Source of the DNA: Vicinamibacterales bacterium
GTDB lineage: Bacteria > Acidobacteriota > Vicinamibacteria > Vicinamibacterales > JAMQPK01
Reading direction: 5' to 3'
Assembly (NCBI GenBank): GCA_963782595.1
Contig: CAWAKJ010000003.1
Span: 707,789 to 771,788, forward strand
DNA: 64,000 nucleotides
Of the stretch, positions 1 through 9,712 are shown in pieces; position 1 is the first letter of the stretch; each line of letters begins with the position of its first letter. A program made the translations under genes and the position numbers. The notes beneath the pieces are model-generated. The model saw only the letters and a program-made list of their open reading frames with translations, was not told where the DNA came from and searched no databases.

Positions 1-1
1 G

Positions 2-496
2 ACGGTCCCCGGCAAGATCATCCGGAGCATTTCGTCGAGCTTCAAGCCCCGGGACGCGGCCATCGTGAAGCCGCCCCGCGTCGCGCCCGAAGAGAAGGCG
101 ACCCGCGAGCGGGGCGAATATCTCTCGCGTTACGTTGCAAACTGCGCCGGTTGCCACACGCCCCTCCACGACACGACGTTCGAGCCGATCGGCCCGGAAT
201 TTTCGGGCGGCGAGGAATTCGAGCCGATGCCCTTCCAGGGCGTCGACATGAAGACGTGGTTCATCACGCCGAACATCACTCCGATGAAGGGCGGCGCGCT
301 GATGAAGTTTCCGGATCGCCAGACCTTCGTGGCGCGTTTCAAGAATGGAGGCCGCCAGCACGCAGGCACACCGATGCCATGGGAGGCCTACGCGAAGATG
401 AGCGCGGAAGACGTCGGGGCGATTTACGAATTTCTCCACAGCCTGCCGGCGTCCAATGGCGCGACCGGTGAAGTGACATTCCGAAAGCTAGACTAG
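2..496 (+). CDS. c-type cytochrome, C-terminal part (5' end lies upstream of the window)
   Basis: Frame open from window edge to stop at 494-496; one CxxCH haem motif (CAGCH); shares the pattern RGEYL..C..CHTP...MPW.AY...ED..Y.YL with the cytochrome at 27680-28273. Confidence 0.75.
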   Translation, partial: TVPGKIIRSISSSFKPRDAAIVKPPRVAPEEKATRERGEYLSRYVANCAGCHTPLHDTTFEPIGPEFSGGEEFEPMPFQGVDMKTWFITPNITPMKGGALMKFPDRQTFVARFKNGGRQHAGTPMPWEAYAKMSAEDVGAIYEFLHSLPASNGATGEVTFRKLD

Positions 497-532
497 CTCC
501 GCGGGCGAACTGCGCGCGTTTCTTGCATTTGA

Positions 533-1927
533 ATGGTCGTGGGGTCAAATGCGTACAGATTTCGTGCACCAGCGAAGGGTGTGGCGGCCCGTAGACCGAC
601 CAACGGGCTCGCGGCCCGCTGGCACGCCGTCCGGCAACGGTACAAGTGGTGGCAGCTCTTCCTGTTTGTGTTCGGCGTAATCGCGGCCGGTTCAGTGTTT
701 GGCGCGCTCTTCTTTGTCGTCGGCAGCCAACCCACGTTCGTTTACACAGATGCCCCCCCGCCCCCGGTCCAGTCGCCGCACTTTACAACAGCGTTTGCGA
801 CCATTGTTGGGGCCCCCGTCGAGCGCGGCGGCACGATTGTCCTGCTGAACAACGGCGACCAATTCGTCCCGGCATTGCTGGATGCCGTGAATCGTGCCCG
901 GCGAACGATCAACTTCGCAGTGTACATATGGTCTGAGGGTGAGTTCAGCGACACGCTGATCGCCGCGCTGGCACAGAAGCAGCGCGAAGGTGTGAACGTG
1001 CGTGTTCTGCTCGACGGAGTGGGCAGCCTCAATGTGCCAGACCGAGATTTCGAGCCGCTCGTCGCGGCCGGCGGGAAGGTGCAGAAGTTCCGGACGCCGA
1101 AGTTCGGCAAACTCACGCGATTCCACCGGCGGAATCATCGGCGAGCCATCATCATCGACGGAGACATCGGATTTACCGGCGGGATGGCGGTGTCCGACGT
1201 GTGGCTCGGGCACGCGCAGGACGACGATCACTGGCGCGACATCATGTTCAAGGTCACGGGGCCCCTGGCCAGGAGCCTTCAGACGGCGTTCGTCGATTTG
1301 TGGGTGAGTTCCTCGGGCGAGCTGTTGACCGATCCGAGGAACTACCCGGTGGAGGCGCCGGCCGCCGTCAACGGCGTCGAGCGTTTCGTTCACCTTGCCA
1401 GCTCGCCCGCCGACGATGACCAGTCGATGGCGTATTTCTTTCTGCTGCCCATTCTTGCCGCTCGCCAGAGCGTGTACCTGGCGGCGCCGTACTACGTCCC
1501 CGACCGTCATCTGCAGGATGCGCTCGTCGACAAAGCTCGGGCCGGCGTCGACGTTCGACTGCTGCTCCCGGGCGCTCGTACCGACAACTGGATTGTCCGG
1601 GCGAGCGCACAGGCGCGCTACCAGGAGCTGTTGGAGGCTGGCGTGAGGGTGTTCGAATATCAGCCGACGTTCATGCACGCGAAATACGGCGTCATCGATG
1701 GCTCGTGGGCCATCATCGGTTCGGCGAACCTGAACTCGCGCTCGCGGCAGCTGGACGAGGAGAATGCGCTGGGGATTTACGACCCGGCATTCGGCGCCAA
1801 GCTGACCGAGACGTTCTTCACGGATCTCCAGCGTGCCAAGCCCATCTCGCTCGAGGAATGGCAGCGGAGAAACCCGCTACAGAGGCTGTTCGAGACGGTG
1901 TCGCGAATGCTGGATCAGCAGTCCTAG
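533..1927 (+). CDS. cls: phospholipase D / cardiolipin synthase family protein
   Basis: N-terminal TM helix (WWQLFLFVFGVIAAGSVFGALFFVV); two HKD-type motifs: HRRAIIIDG (first, K replaced by R) and HAKYGVIDGSWAIIGSANLNSRS (canonical). Confidence 0.8.
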   Translation: MVVGSNAYRFRAPAKGVAARRPTNGLAARWHAVRQRYKWWQLFLFVFGVIAAGSVFGALFFVVGSQPTFVYTDAPPPPVQSPHFTTAFATIVGAPVERGGTIVLLNNGDQFVPALLDAVNRARRTINFAVYIWSEGEFSDTLIAALAQKQREGVNVRVLLDGVGSLNVPDRDFEPLVAAGGKVQKFRTPKFGKLTRFHRRNHRRAIIIDGDIGFTGGMAVSDVWLGHAQDDDHWRDIMFKVTGPLARSLQTAFVDLWVSSSGELLTDPRNYPVEAPAAVNGVERFVHLASSPADDDQSMAYFFLLPILAARQSVYLAAPYYVPDRHLQDALVDKARAGVDVRLLLPGARTDNWIVRASAQARYQELLEAGVRVFEYQPTFMHAKYGVIDGSWAIIGSANLNSRSRQLDEENALGIYDPAFGAKLTETFFTDLQRAKPISLEEWQRRNPLQRLFETVSRMLDQQS

Positions 1928-2280
1928 CAGGAACACGAAGGTCACGAAGGACGGATTCAGACAAGGTCACGAAGGGAGAGACGCGACGGGCTCGACGCGC
2001 GACGAAAGAACATCGAGCACTGCATCGACGTCGCGCGGCCCACGATGTCGATGTCTCCGACGGAGCCCACTGACGCAGCCCACGGGGAACGTCACACTTC
2101 ATGGCACGTCGTCGCACCGTAGTGCTTTTGTCTTTCTCAGTGCTCCGTGACTCCGTGTTGAGACGGGCGATGTTGCGATAGCAGTTGGCTGGAGTGTGTA
2201 TTTCGTCGCGCTCGTCGCGCTCGTCGCGTCGTCGTGTTCATCGTGTTGGGTCGGTCATGTGAAGTGTTCTTTGTGAGGCG
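1928..2280. repeat. intergenic degenerate tandem repeats in imperfect palindromic arrangement
   Basis: GTCACGAAG-type units and GACGCGACG..CGACGCGCGACGAAA on the left; complementary TTTCGTCGCG / CGTCGCGCT x3 run (2201-2240) on the right; central dyad 2081-2095 / 2147-2157. Confidence 0.7.
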
Positions 2281-3027
2281 CTATTTCAGCGCCACCTCAC
2301 ACATCAGCGGAAAGTGATCCGACGCCTTCTTCAGCGCGGGATGATCGCTCACCACCTCGCATCGCCGCAGATTGCTCTTGAAGGACTCGGGCAGGAAGGC
2401 ATAGTCGAGGCGGACGTGAGGGTCCCACGTGGTGAACGTGTGCCCTTCGTCGCCGTGAAACTTGCGATATCCGTCCACGTAGCCGGCTTCGAGCATCATC
2501 CGGATGGTGATCCACCGAATGGACTTGCCCGTCACCCAAGCCAGCGCGCGCAACCGCGGCGGCAGCTTGTTCATGTCGAGGCGCTCGCCGGGCGCCAGCG
2601 TGTTGAAGTCGCCCGTCACGACGTGCAGGCCGTGCTGATGCCGTTCGACGCTGCGCAGCAGCGCGCGCAACTCGTACGCGCGTCGCTGCTCGGTCAGGTT
2701 ACTGTGCACGGCGCTCAGATGTACGCCGTAGACCCGAAAGTCTGTCGCCGTGACGATCTCCAGGTACGCGCGCTTGGCCCAGCGAACGCGGCGCCACACA
2801 TAGCCGGCAATCTCTACGCGGCTCATGAACGCGACTGAATGGCCGGGTGAAGATGCGAAGTGCTCGAACCCGCAGGTATTCGCGAGCTGCTGAACGACTT
2901 CCGGGCGATAGGCTTCCTGCAAGACCACCAGGTCGGCAGCCTGAGCCGAAATGACCTCGCCGATCGGTGATTCGCGATCGACACCACCCTTCAGGATGTT
3001 GTAGCTGAGGATCCGCAGCTTCTTCAC
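2281..3027 (-). CDS. endonuclease/exonuclease/phosphatase (EEP) family protein
   Basis: 248-aa ORF with EEP-like blocks (ILSYNILKG, VVLQE, VTGDFN, SDHFPL); GTG start overlaps the upstream stop (GTGA). Confidence 0.85.
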   Translation of the reverse strand: MKKLRILSYNILKGGVDRESPIGEVISAQAADLVVLQEAYRPEVVQQLANTCGFEHFASSPGHSVAFMSRVEIAGYVWRRVRWAKRAYLEIVTATDFRVYGVHLSAVHSNLTEQRRAYELRALLRSVERHQHGLHVVTGDFNTLAPGERLDMNKLPPRLRALAWVTGKSIRWITIRMMLEAGYVDGYRKFHGDEGHTFTTWDPHVRLDYAFLPESFKSNLRRCEVVSDHPALKKASDHFPLMCEVALK

Positions 3028-3485
3028 GGTTCCTGGACTACACCGAAGAGCGTCAGGTAGGGCTGGTTCATGATGTCGCCGCGAAAGTGCTGCACCCAGT
3101 CGCGTGTGGCCTGAATGTTCACCGGACGGTGCACCATGTCAACCAGACGACGTCGCAGAGGCGTCAGCTCCGGCGCGATGTCGGGGTCGACGTCGCTCAG
3201 CGGCTTCGAGTGGATGCCCGGGATCCAGAATGCGCTGTAGTAGCGAAGCACCTCCGCGCCGACCAGTGTCAGATCGAGATCGCTCGTGCCGGGCCCTTCG
3301 GTGTCGAAGGGAGTGCCGTCAACGAAGCGAGTACCAGTGATGGCGCTGCCGCGAAGGACAGCCGCATGCGCTTCGGGGACGGACTCTTGGATGATTTCGC
3401 AGAAGCGTTCGAACAGCGAGCGGTCGTTGTTGAAAGCGAGCTTCAACACACAGGTGAGCTTTTCAGCGTCTGTGGGGTCGGTCAT
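3024..3485 (-). CDS. minimal nucleotidyltransferase-like protein (Pol-beta superfamily), function unknown
   Basis: Start moved to MTDPTD (ATGA overlap with the M23 gene stop); GS...DLDL pattern (LRGSAITG...GTSDLDLTLVG) resembles the NTase G[SG]-x(n)-DxD signature. Confidence 0.55.
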   Translation of the reverse strand: MTDPTDAEKLTCVLKLAFNNDRSLFERFCEIIQESVPEAHAAVLRGSAITGTRFVDGTPFDTEGPGTSDLDLTLVGAEVLRYYSAFWIPGIHSKPLSDVDPDIAPELTPLRRRLVDMVHRPVNIQATRDWVQHFRGDIMNQPYLTLFGVVQEP

Positions 3486-4861
3486 GGCTGGACGAGGCCA
3501 GCGTCGCGCAGCTTTCGCATGACGCGATCTTCGATCCAGTGCGGATCCCACCACTCGGTCGCGTTCACGAACCGCCCGCTGACCAGCATACTGAAGTGCA
3601 GGTGATCGCCGCCAGCCAGTCCCGTCTGACCGCTCGCGCCAAGTGTCTGCCCCTTCTGAACGTCGTCGCCTTCCTTGACCGCAAACGACGACAGATGCGC
3701 GTAGAGCGACTGCACGCCCATGCCATGGTCGACAATGACGGTGTTGCCGTAGATGCCGAGCTCGCGCGCAAACACCACCTTGCCGTTGTTGCCGACGATC
3801 ACTGGCGAGTTGGCGGTCTTCGCAAGATCAAAACCAAGATGCACCTGTCGGTCCACCTCCTTGCCGTCGTAGAGATATGTTCGGAAGTCCGCGAATCCCG
3901 ATTCGACCTGCGAGCCACCCAATGGCTGGAACGCACCCTGCCAGAGTATTTGTGGCGAACTCTTCAACGCCATCGTGGCGATCGTGTCGTTGTTCGTCCG
4001 CCGGAGGTCGTTGTTGATCTTGAGGAAGGCAGGCACTAGATCGTCGCCCGACACCTTCAGTTCGGGCGAGCTCTGAAGGATGGCCGGCACCACACGGCCG
4101 AGAAACGCGTCGTCCAGGGGAATACGGCTCTTGCGGAACACCTTCGGAAAGACGCGATGCTCGAATTGGGCTCGTGCGGTGTTGCCCGCGACGTCACGCG
4201 CGAAGAGCTCGATCGGTGTCCCGGGCTTCTGGTCGTACTGCAGCGCGAAGAACGCCACTTTGAGATCCGGATCGCGAAGCCCTGCACCCGACCCGGAAAA
4301 TCCTGGATACTCGACGTCGCCGACGCGCAGTCCGGACTCGACGTCGGGTGGCGATACGCGGTACACGACCATCTCGGATCCGCCCAGATTGATGTAGTGG
4401 TGTGTCGACACCACCGAAACGCGCGGCGGTATCAGGCGCACCTCGACGTCTCGTGTCGCCTCTGACGAGACCTGTCTCAATCCTCGAAGCACAGGTCTTG
4501 AGGCGCTCACCCGAATCGTCGCGGCGCCGCTCTCCAGTTCCGGTAGCGCGCTCTTGCCGACAGGATGCGTGACATGGAGCTTGTCGCCCTCTTTGGCAAT
4601 CGAGCCGTCCGCTGCCGATTCCAGGTTAATAACCGGAAGAGTGCGGCCTTTCTGCTCCAATTGGATATTCAGCGCCGTCAGCTCCGCCCCGGGAGCGTCG
4701 ATGGTTACATCGAGCATGCCGCCCTGCCCGATGACCGACGGCTGATTGATAGCGATGGCCGGACCGTCGGCCATGCCTGCGAAGAAGTATGCCGCTCCAG
4801 CGCCGATCGCCAGCAGCACTAGAAGACCGAAGAACCATCGAACAATGCGCATGAGTGCCAT
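3482..4861 (-). CDS. M23 family metallopeptidase with N-terminal membrane anchor
   Basis: N-terminal TM helix; C-terminal LytM/M23 blocks (VDHGMGVQSLYAHLS, GQTGLAGGDHLHFSM). Confidence 0.9.
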   Translation of the reverse strand: MALMRIVRWFFGLLVLLAIGAGAAYFFAGMADGPAIAINQPSVIGQGGMLDVTIDAPGAELTALNIQLEQKGRTLPVINLESAADGSIAKEGDKLHVTHPVGKSALPELESGAATIRVSASRPVLRGLRQVSSEATRDVEVRLIPPRVSVVSTHHYINLGGSEMVVYRVSPPDVESGLRVGDVEYPGFSGSGAGLRDPDLKVAFFALQYDQKPGTPIELFARDVAGNTARAQFEHRVFPKVFRKSRIPLDDAFLGRVVPAILQSSPELKVSGDDLVPAFLKINNDLRRTNNDTIATMALKSSPQILWQGAFQPLGGSQVESGFADFRTYLYDGKEVDRQVHLGFDLAKTANSPVIVGNNGKVVFARELGIYGNTVIVDHGMGVQSLYAHLSSFAVKEGDDVQKGQTLGASGQTGLAGGDHLHFSMLVSGRFVNATEWWDPHWIEDRVMRKLRDAGLVQP

Positions 4862-4931
4862 CTTAGCAAGCTATAGTCTCCAGGTCCGTATCGATTGATG
4901 TCATGCGAGGGACACTGGAAGTGCCGGCGAT

Positions 4932-5300
4932 GTGTCTCACTCTGATGCAAGGGTGACGATGCGTTTAGGATCGCACTTGTCCTTCAGAGCTTTTTTCATC
5001 GGCTGGGTGTTTGCCGTGGTGCTCGGGCTGCCGGTGCTCTATACCGCCGAGTTGCTGTTCGCCGTCCCGCTGCATCGTCTCCTGAAACATCTGAAAAAGC
5101 AGGCGCTCGTGTACTACCTTTTAGCGGGCATCATGACCAGTCTCATCTCGACATGGGTGTGGTCAGAAGCCATTCGGTTTGGACCGATACCGTTGTATAA
5201 GAATTTCTGGGACACCGCCATACTGACGGTCCCAGCCGGCGCCGCCGGTGGCGCGATGTTCTGGCGCATCGCGGTCCAGTCACCCGAACGTGGGTCGTGA
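4932..5300 (+). CDS. small integral membrane protein, unknown function
   Basis: 122-aa ORF with about 4 hydrophobic segments; no recognisable motif. Confidence 0.5.
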   Translation: MSHSDARVTMRLGSHLSFRAFFIGWVFAVVLGLPVLYTAELLFAVPLHRLLKHLKKQALVYYLLAGIMTSLISTWVWSEAIRFGPIPLYKNFWDTAILTVPAGAAGGAMFWRIAVQSPERGS

Positions 5301-5307
5301 CTGCCGT

Positions 5308-6645
5308 CTATCGACGATCGACCAGCGGTCGAAAGACTGTCACATCGACCGCCGATCCCATCGCCTGATATCCCGCGCGGTTCGGGTGCAGACGATCGCC
5401 GGCGCCGCCGACGGTGCTATTGGGGACGAACTCTTCTCGCATCGCGCCCGTTTTGGTGTCGACGGTCGCCGCGTCGAAATCGGCCACGGCATCGAAGATG
5501 CCACCGGTACGGATGAACGCGTTCACGGCCTGGCGTCGCTCGTTGGCCTCCGGAGTGCCGGAGTTCCCGTTCGCCGTGAGCGCCGACGTGATGGTGGCGC
5601 CCACGATCGTGATCCCCTTCGCTTTGACTCGAGAGACGAGCTCGCGCATGCCTGTGATGATGGCCTCGGCCGGCGCGCCCGCGCTGATGTCGTTGATGCC
5701 CTCGAGGAGAATCACCGCCGATATTCCTGAGAGTCCGAACAGATCCCGATCGAGGCGTTGCAGCGCCGACGGTCCTCCCGAAAACGGCTTGGGTGGTGGA
5801 TACGTCTCTGGCGTGAGAATGCGATTGCCGCCGATTCCGGCATTCACGACCGACACGCGATTCCCATACGCTGCATGCAGTCGCCGCGACAGCACGTCGG
5901 GCCACCGGTCGTCGCCGTTCAACGTCGACAGTGTCCCGTCTGTGATCGAGTCGCCGAATGTACACACCACCACGGTGTTCGACGGCGCCATCACGTCCAC
6001 GGCATCGAGGAAGTACCACGAGGTGGTGGTGAAGGGAAACGCCGCGTCGTCCTCGGCGCTGGTATGGACTCCCGAGCGATGTCCGCTCAGATACGACGTC
6101 TGGAGCGCCTTGGCGTGCCACGTCATCGGACCGCTGGGGCCGGCGACGTGAAAGGAGATCGCAAGCTTGCGGCCATCCGTGAGCGCACCGGCCGGCAGTT
6201 TCATCTCGACGCCATCGCTGTACGACGAGGCGCCCGGCGCAATCGCGACGCTTGGGCGGCCGTTGAATGAAACCGGGCGGTTTGTGCCTTTCACGATGTT
6301 TCCGCCCGCGGCCGCCACTCCGACGTACACCGCGTCGAAGGTGATCGTCTCGGCGCCGAATGTATTCGAAAGCCGGATGCGGAATCGATCGCCCCACAGA
6401 TCGGGTTTGACGATCAGCCTGAACGACTGATCACTGGCGCCTGCAGCAGGATCCGGAAAGGCAAAGCGCAGGTCGGGCTGCGCCGAAGGGTTGCCTGCGG
6501 GGTATGGACCGTGGACCGACGCGGCCCAGGTCGCCACCCACTTCATCACCGCCGGCGAGCCGGGTGTCTGCGCTGACGGATGGAATTGTGCCGCCGCAAA
6601 CACCCAAACGACGGCCAGAACCGCGCGTACTCTCATCAGCGCCAA
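5308..6645 (-). CDS. secreted SGNH/GDSL hydrolase with N-terminal accessory domain
   Basis: Signal peptide; SGNH blocks FGDSITDG, NAGIGGNR, LEGINDI, DRLHPN. Confidence 0.85.
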   Translation of the reverse strand: MALMRVRAVLAVVWVFAAAQFHPSAQTPGSPAVMKWVATWAASVHGPYPAGNPSAQPDLRFAFPDPAAGASDQSFRLIVKPDLWGDRFRIRLSNTFGAETITFDAVYVGVAAAGGNIVKGTNRPVSFNGRPSVAIAPGASSYSDGVEMKLPAGALTDGRKLAISFHVAGPSGPMTWHAKALQTSYLSGHRSGVHTSAEDDAAFPFTTTSWYFLDAVDVMAPSNTVVVCTFGDSITDGTLSTLNGDDRWPDVLSRRLHAAYGNRVSVVNAGIGGNRILTPETYPPPKPFSGGPSALQRLDRDLFGLSGISAVILLEGINDISAGAPAEAIITGMRELVSRVKAKGITIVGATITSALTANGNSGTPEANERRQAVNAFIRTGGIFDAVADFDAATVDTKTGAMREEFVPNSTVGGAGDRLHPNRAGYQAMGSAVDVTVFRPLVDRR

Positions 6646-6695
6646 CCTCCGGCGCTATCATCGCGGGACAGGTCTTCGCACGCAAGGGGGCATGA

Positions 6696-9140
6696 TCACT
6701 CGTATCGCAGCGCCTTGACCGGATCGAGCCGCGTCGCGCGACGCGCAGGCCAGAAGCAGGCCATCACCGCGACGCTGATGAGCGCGAAGCTGATGGTGAC
6801 GAGCGTCAGCAGGTCGGTGGGCCCGGTGCCCACGAGCATGCCCTGAAGCAGCCGGCCCGTCCCCATCGCACCGGCCAGGCCCAGGCACAAGCCGATCGCC
6901 AGCTCCACCATGCCGCGGCGCAGGATGAGCCACCGGACCTGTTCACCGTCGGCGCCGAGCGCCATGCGAATGCCGATCTCCTGCGTGCGCTGCGCGACGG
7001 AATAGGCCGTGACGCTGTACAACCCGACGGACGCCAGCACGATCGCGATGACCGCAAACGCGAGGAACATCGTACCGAACGTCCGCTGCGGCCAGCGATT
7101 TCTCGCAAGAATCTCGTCCATCGTGCGGATGTTCGTCACGGGTACGTCGGGATCCATGGCTGAAATTTCCTGCCGAAGCAGCGCCGCCACGGCCGGCGGA
7201 TTGTCGCGTGCGCGCACGAGCAGTTCCGTGTTCATCGCCATGAGGAAATTCTGCGCGTGCGTGAAGTACACGACGGGATCGGGATCGCGCTCGAAACCAC
7301 GCTGACGAATCGTCGGCGAGACGCCAACGATGGTGGCCTGATACATCCGGGGAGCACCGGGAATGTTCCCGTCGTTGATCATGCGGATCCGTTTGCCGAC
7401 CGGATCTTCGCCTCGGAAATACATGTCGGCGAGCCGCTGATTGATGATCATCGCTTCGCGTCCCGGTTCGCCGTCGGTGGCGGTGAACGCGCGGCCTCGC
7501 ACCATGCGAACCCCCAGCGCGTCGAAGTATCTCGATCCGACCGCCACGATGCTCACGAATGGCCGCTGTTCGCCCGTCATCTCGGCCCGGCCGTCGATCT
7601 CGAGACGCCGCTGCGACGCGCCGCTGAACGGCAGATAGTTAGTCGAGCTCGCGCCCTCGATGGCGCTGATGCCGTTGAGCCGATCGTCGAGCCGCTGAAG
7701 AAACAGCGCCCGCGATTCGAGGCTCGAGTAGGTACGACTGGGGAAAATCAGCTGCATCGTCACCAGCCGGGATGTGTCGATGCCGATGTCCATGCGATAC
7801 AGGTTCATGAAGCTCCGCATCATGAGCCCGGCGCCCGACAGCAGCACCAGAGTGAGCGTCAACTCCGCCACAATCAGCGCCGTCGTCCACCGCCGTGCCC
7901 GCAGGCCGGCCGACCCCGATCGTCCTCCGTCCTTCATCACCTCGCTGACGCTCGTGCGCGAGACATAGAGCGCCGGCGCCAGGCCGAACACGATGCCGGT
8001 CACCAGGCAGACACTGGCAAAGAAGAGAAAGACGATCGGATCCATCGTGAACACCATCCAGTACGGCTTCCCGATGTCCTGGGTGTTGGCGTCGAACCAC
8101 CGCACGCCGGCATACGCCAGGCCGAGTCCCACAATGCCCGCCACGAACGCCAGCAGCACGCTTTCCACGAGCAACTGCCGGACGATCCGCCATCTCGTGG
8201 CGCCGATGGAGACACGGACGGCAATCTCGCGCGAGCGATCGGCCGCACGTGCCAGCATCAGGTTGGCCACGTTCGCGCACGCGATGAGCAGTACAAACGC
8301 GACGGCACCCATGAGCGACCAGAAGAGCATGCGGACGTCGGTGCCGATCACCTGCTCGGCGAACGGCGTGACGACCGCAGTGATCCCTTTGTTCGAGTCT
8401 GGAAACTGACTGGCCAGCTGCTGGCTGATGCTCGTCATCTCAGAGCGCGCCTGCTCCACGTCCATGCCATCGGCAAGGCGCCCGTAGGCCATCAGCAGGC
8501 GCCCCGAGCGTCCGGCGCGGGTCTGCGCCGTGGGCCGCTGCGCCAGAGGTAGCCAGATTTCCGAATTGAACGGAAACTCGAGGCCCGGCGCCATGATGCC
8601 GACGATCGTTGCGGGTTCCGAGTTCACGCGTATCGTTCGCCCGATGATCGCCCTGTCCCCACCGTAGCGGCTTTGCCACATCTTGTGGCTCAGGAGCACA
8701 ACCGCCGGAGCGCCCGGTCGATCGTCGGCGGCCGAAAATCCTCGTCCGATCGCGGCCTGTGCACCAATCAGTGAGAAGCCGTTCCAGGAGATGTAGGCGC
8801 CGTTGTACCGATCGGGCACGCGATCGTCGGCGCTGAAGTTGACCGGGTAGGTCTGGACGAGTGAGATACCCGAAAACGTGCGGGTCGCGCGGCGCCAATC
8901 TTCGAAATCGGGCTCGGAGACGCCAAAAGTACGGCTCTGGGCGTCGCGCGTGTTGATGAACATGATGCGGTCGGGCTGGTCGAACGGCAGCGTTCGCAGG
9001 AGCACGGCGTTGACGAGTGTGAACACGGCGCTTGTCGCGCCGATGCCGAGGGCGAGCGCGGCCACGGCCGCCAACGTGAAGCGGCGATCGCGAATCAGGC
9101 GCCGGGCTGCAAACCGAAGGTCCTGGACGATGCTGGTCAT
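6696..9140 (-). CDS. ADOP-type duplicated FtsX/MacB-like ABC permease
   Basis: Start set at MTSIVQDLRFAARRLIRDRRFT (typical ADOP N-terminus); two FtsX-like 4-TM modules separated by large periplasmic domains; no adjacent ATPase. Confidence 0.85.
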   Translation of the reverse strand: MTSIVQDLRFAARRLIRDRRFTLAAVAALALGIGATSAVFTLVNAVLLRTLPFDQPDRIMFINTRDAQSRTFGVSEPDFEDWRRATRTFSGISLVQTYPVNFSADDRVPDRYNGAYISWNGFSLIGAQAAIGRGFSAADDRPGAPAVVLLSHKMWQSRYGGDRAIIGRTIRVNSEPATIVGIMAPGLEFPFNSEIWLPLAQRPTAQTRAGRSGRLLMAYGRLADGMDVEQARSEMTSISQQLASQFPDSNKGITAVVTPFAEQVIGTDVRMLFWSLMGAVAFVLLIACANVANLMLARAADRSREIAVRVSIGATRWRIVRQLLVESVLLAFVAGIVGLGLAYAGVRWFDANTQDIGKPYWMVFTMDPIVFLFFASVCLVTGIVFGLAPALYVSRTSVSEVMKDGGRSGSAGLRARRWTTALIVAELTLTLVLLSGAGLMMRSFMNLYRMDIGIDTSRLVTMQLIFPSRTYSSLESRALFLQRLDDRLNGISAIEGASSTNYLPFSGASQRRLEIDGRAEMTGEQRPFVSIVAVGSRYFDALGVRMVRGRAFTATDGEPGREAMIINQRLADMYFRGEDPVGKRIRMINDGNIPGAPRMYQATIVGVSPTIRQRGFERDPDPVVYFTHAQNFLMAMNTELLVRARDNPPAVAALLRQEISAMDPDVPVTNIRTMDEILARNRWPQRTFGTMFLAFAVIAIVLASVGLYSVTAYSVAQRTQEIGIRMALGADGEQVRWLILRRGMVELAIGLCLGLAGAMGTGRLLQGMLVGTGPTDLLTLVTISFALISVAVMACFWPARRATRLDPVKALRYE

Positions 9141-9318
9141 CTGCGCTCCTTCCGCGCGGAACACCTCTATTACGCGCGTCCGCGCCGGTTGGTTGCATTG
9201 GCCAGCTTGCACGCCCTGCGCACAACCCGGTGAGGTTGTAGAAAGGCAAAACCACAGAGGGTCGTCACCGCAATACAGAGGAAATACAAAGAGGTCTAAA
9301 GATTTGCTCGGCAGCTTG

Positions 9319-9690
9319 TCACAAGCTCGCCGCGAAGAATGCCAGACATGCCCAGCCCACCAGAAACCCCAGCCCGCCGATGGGCGTAATCGCCCCGAAC
9401 AAGCCGGTGCCGGTAAGCGCGAGCGCGTAGAGACTTCCCGAGAAGATCAGGGTGCCGGCGATAAACGACCATCCGGCAATCGTCAGCAGGCGCGCCGGCC
9501 CGAAATGCCCGATCGCGGCAACAATCACCAGCAGCGCGAAGACGTGGTACATCTGGTACCGCACGCCGATTTCGAAGACCGCGAGCATTTCCGGCGTGAG
9601 CCGGCTGCGCAGCCCGTGCGCGCCGAACGCGCCGAGGGCGACACCAAGGAACCCTAGAATCCCCGCGATGAGAAGGAAGTTCTTCTGCAT
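9319..9690 (-). CDS. DUF423 (YgdD-like) membrane protein
   Basis: Start set at MQKNFLLIAGILGFLGVALGAFGAHGL; 4 TM helices. The longer ORF start (9798) translates the repeat tract and is rejected. Confidence 0.8.
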   Translation of the reverse strand: MQKNFLLIAGILGFLGVALGAFGAHGLRSRLTPEMLAVFEIGVRYQMYHVFALLVIVAAIGHFGPARLLTIAGWSFIAGTLIFSGSLYALALTGTGLFGAITPIGGLGFLVGWACLAFFAASL

Positions 9691-9712
9691 GCGCCGATCA
9701 TATGCCACGGCG

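Noticed and set aside
692-1678. 328-aa ORF antisense to the PLD-family gene
   Set aside because: It is a shadow ORF typical of GC-rich DNA. Its Arg/Pro/His/Gly-rich composition shows no motifs, and the sense strand carries clear HKD motifs.
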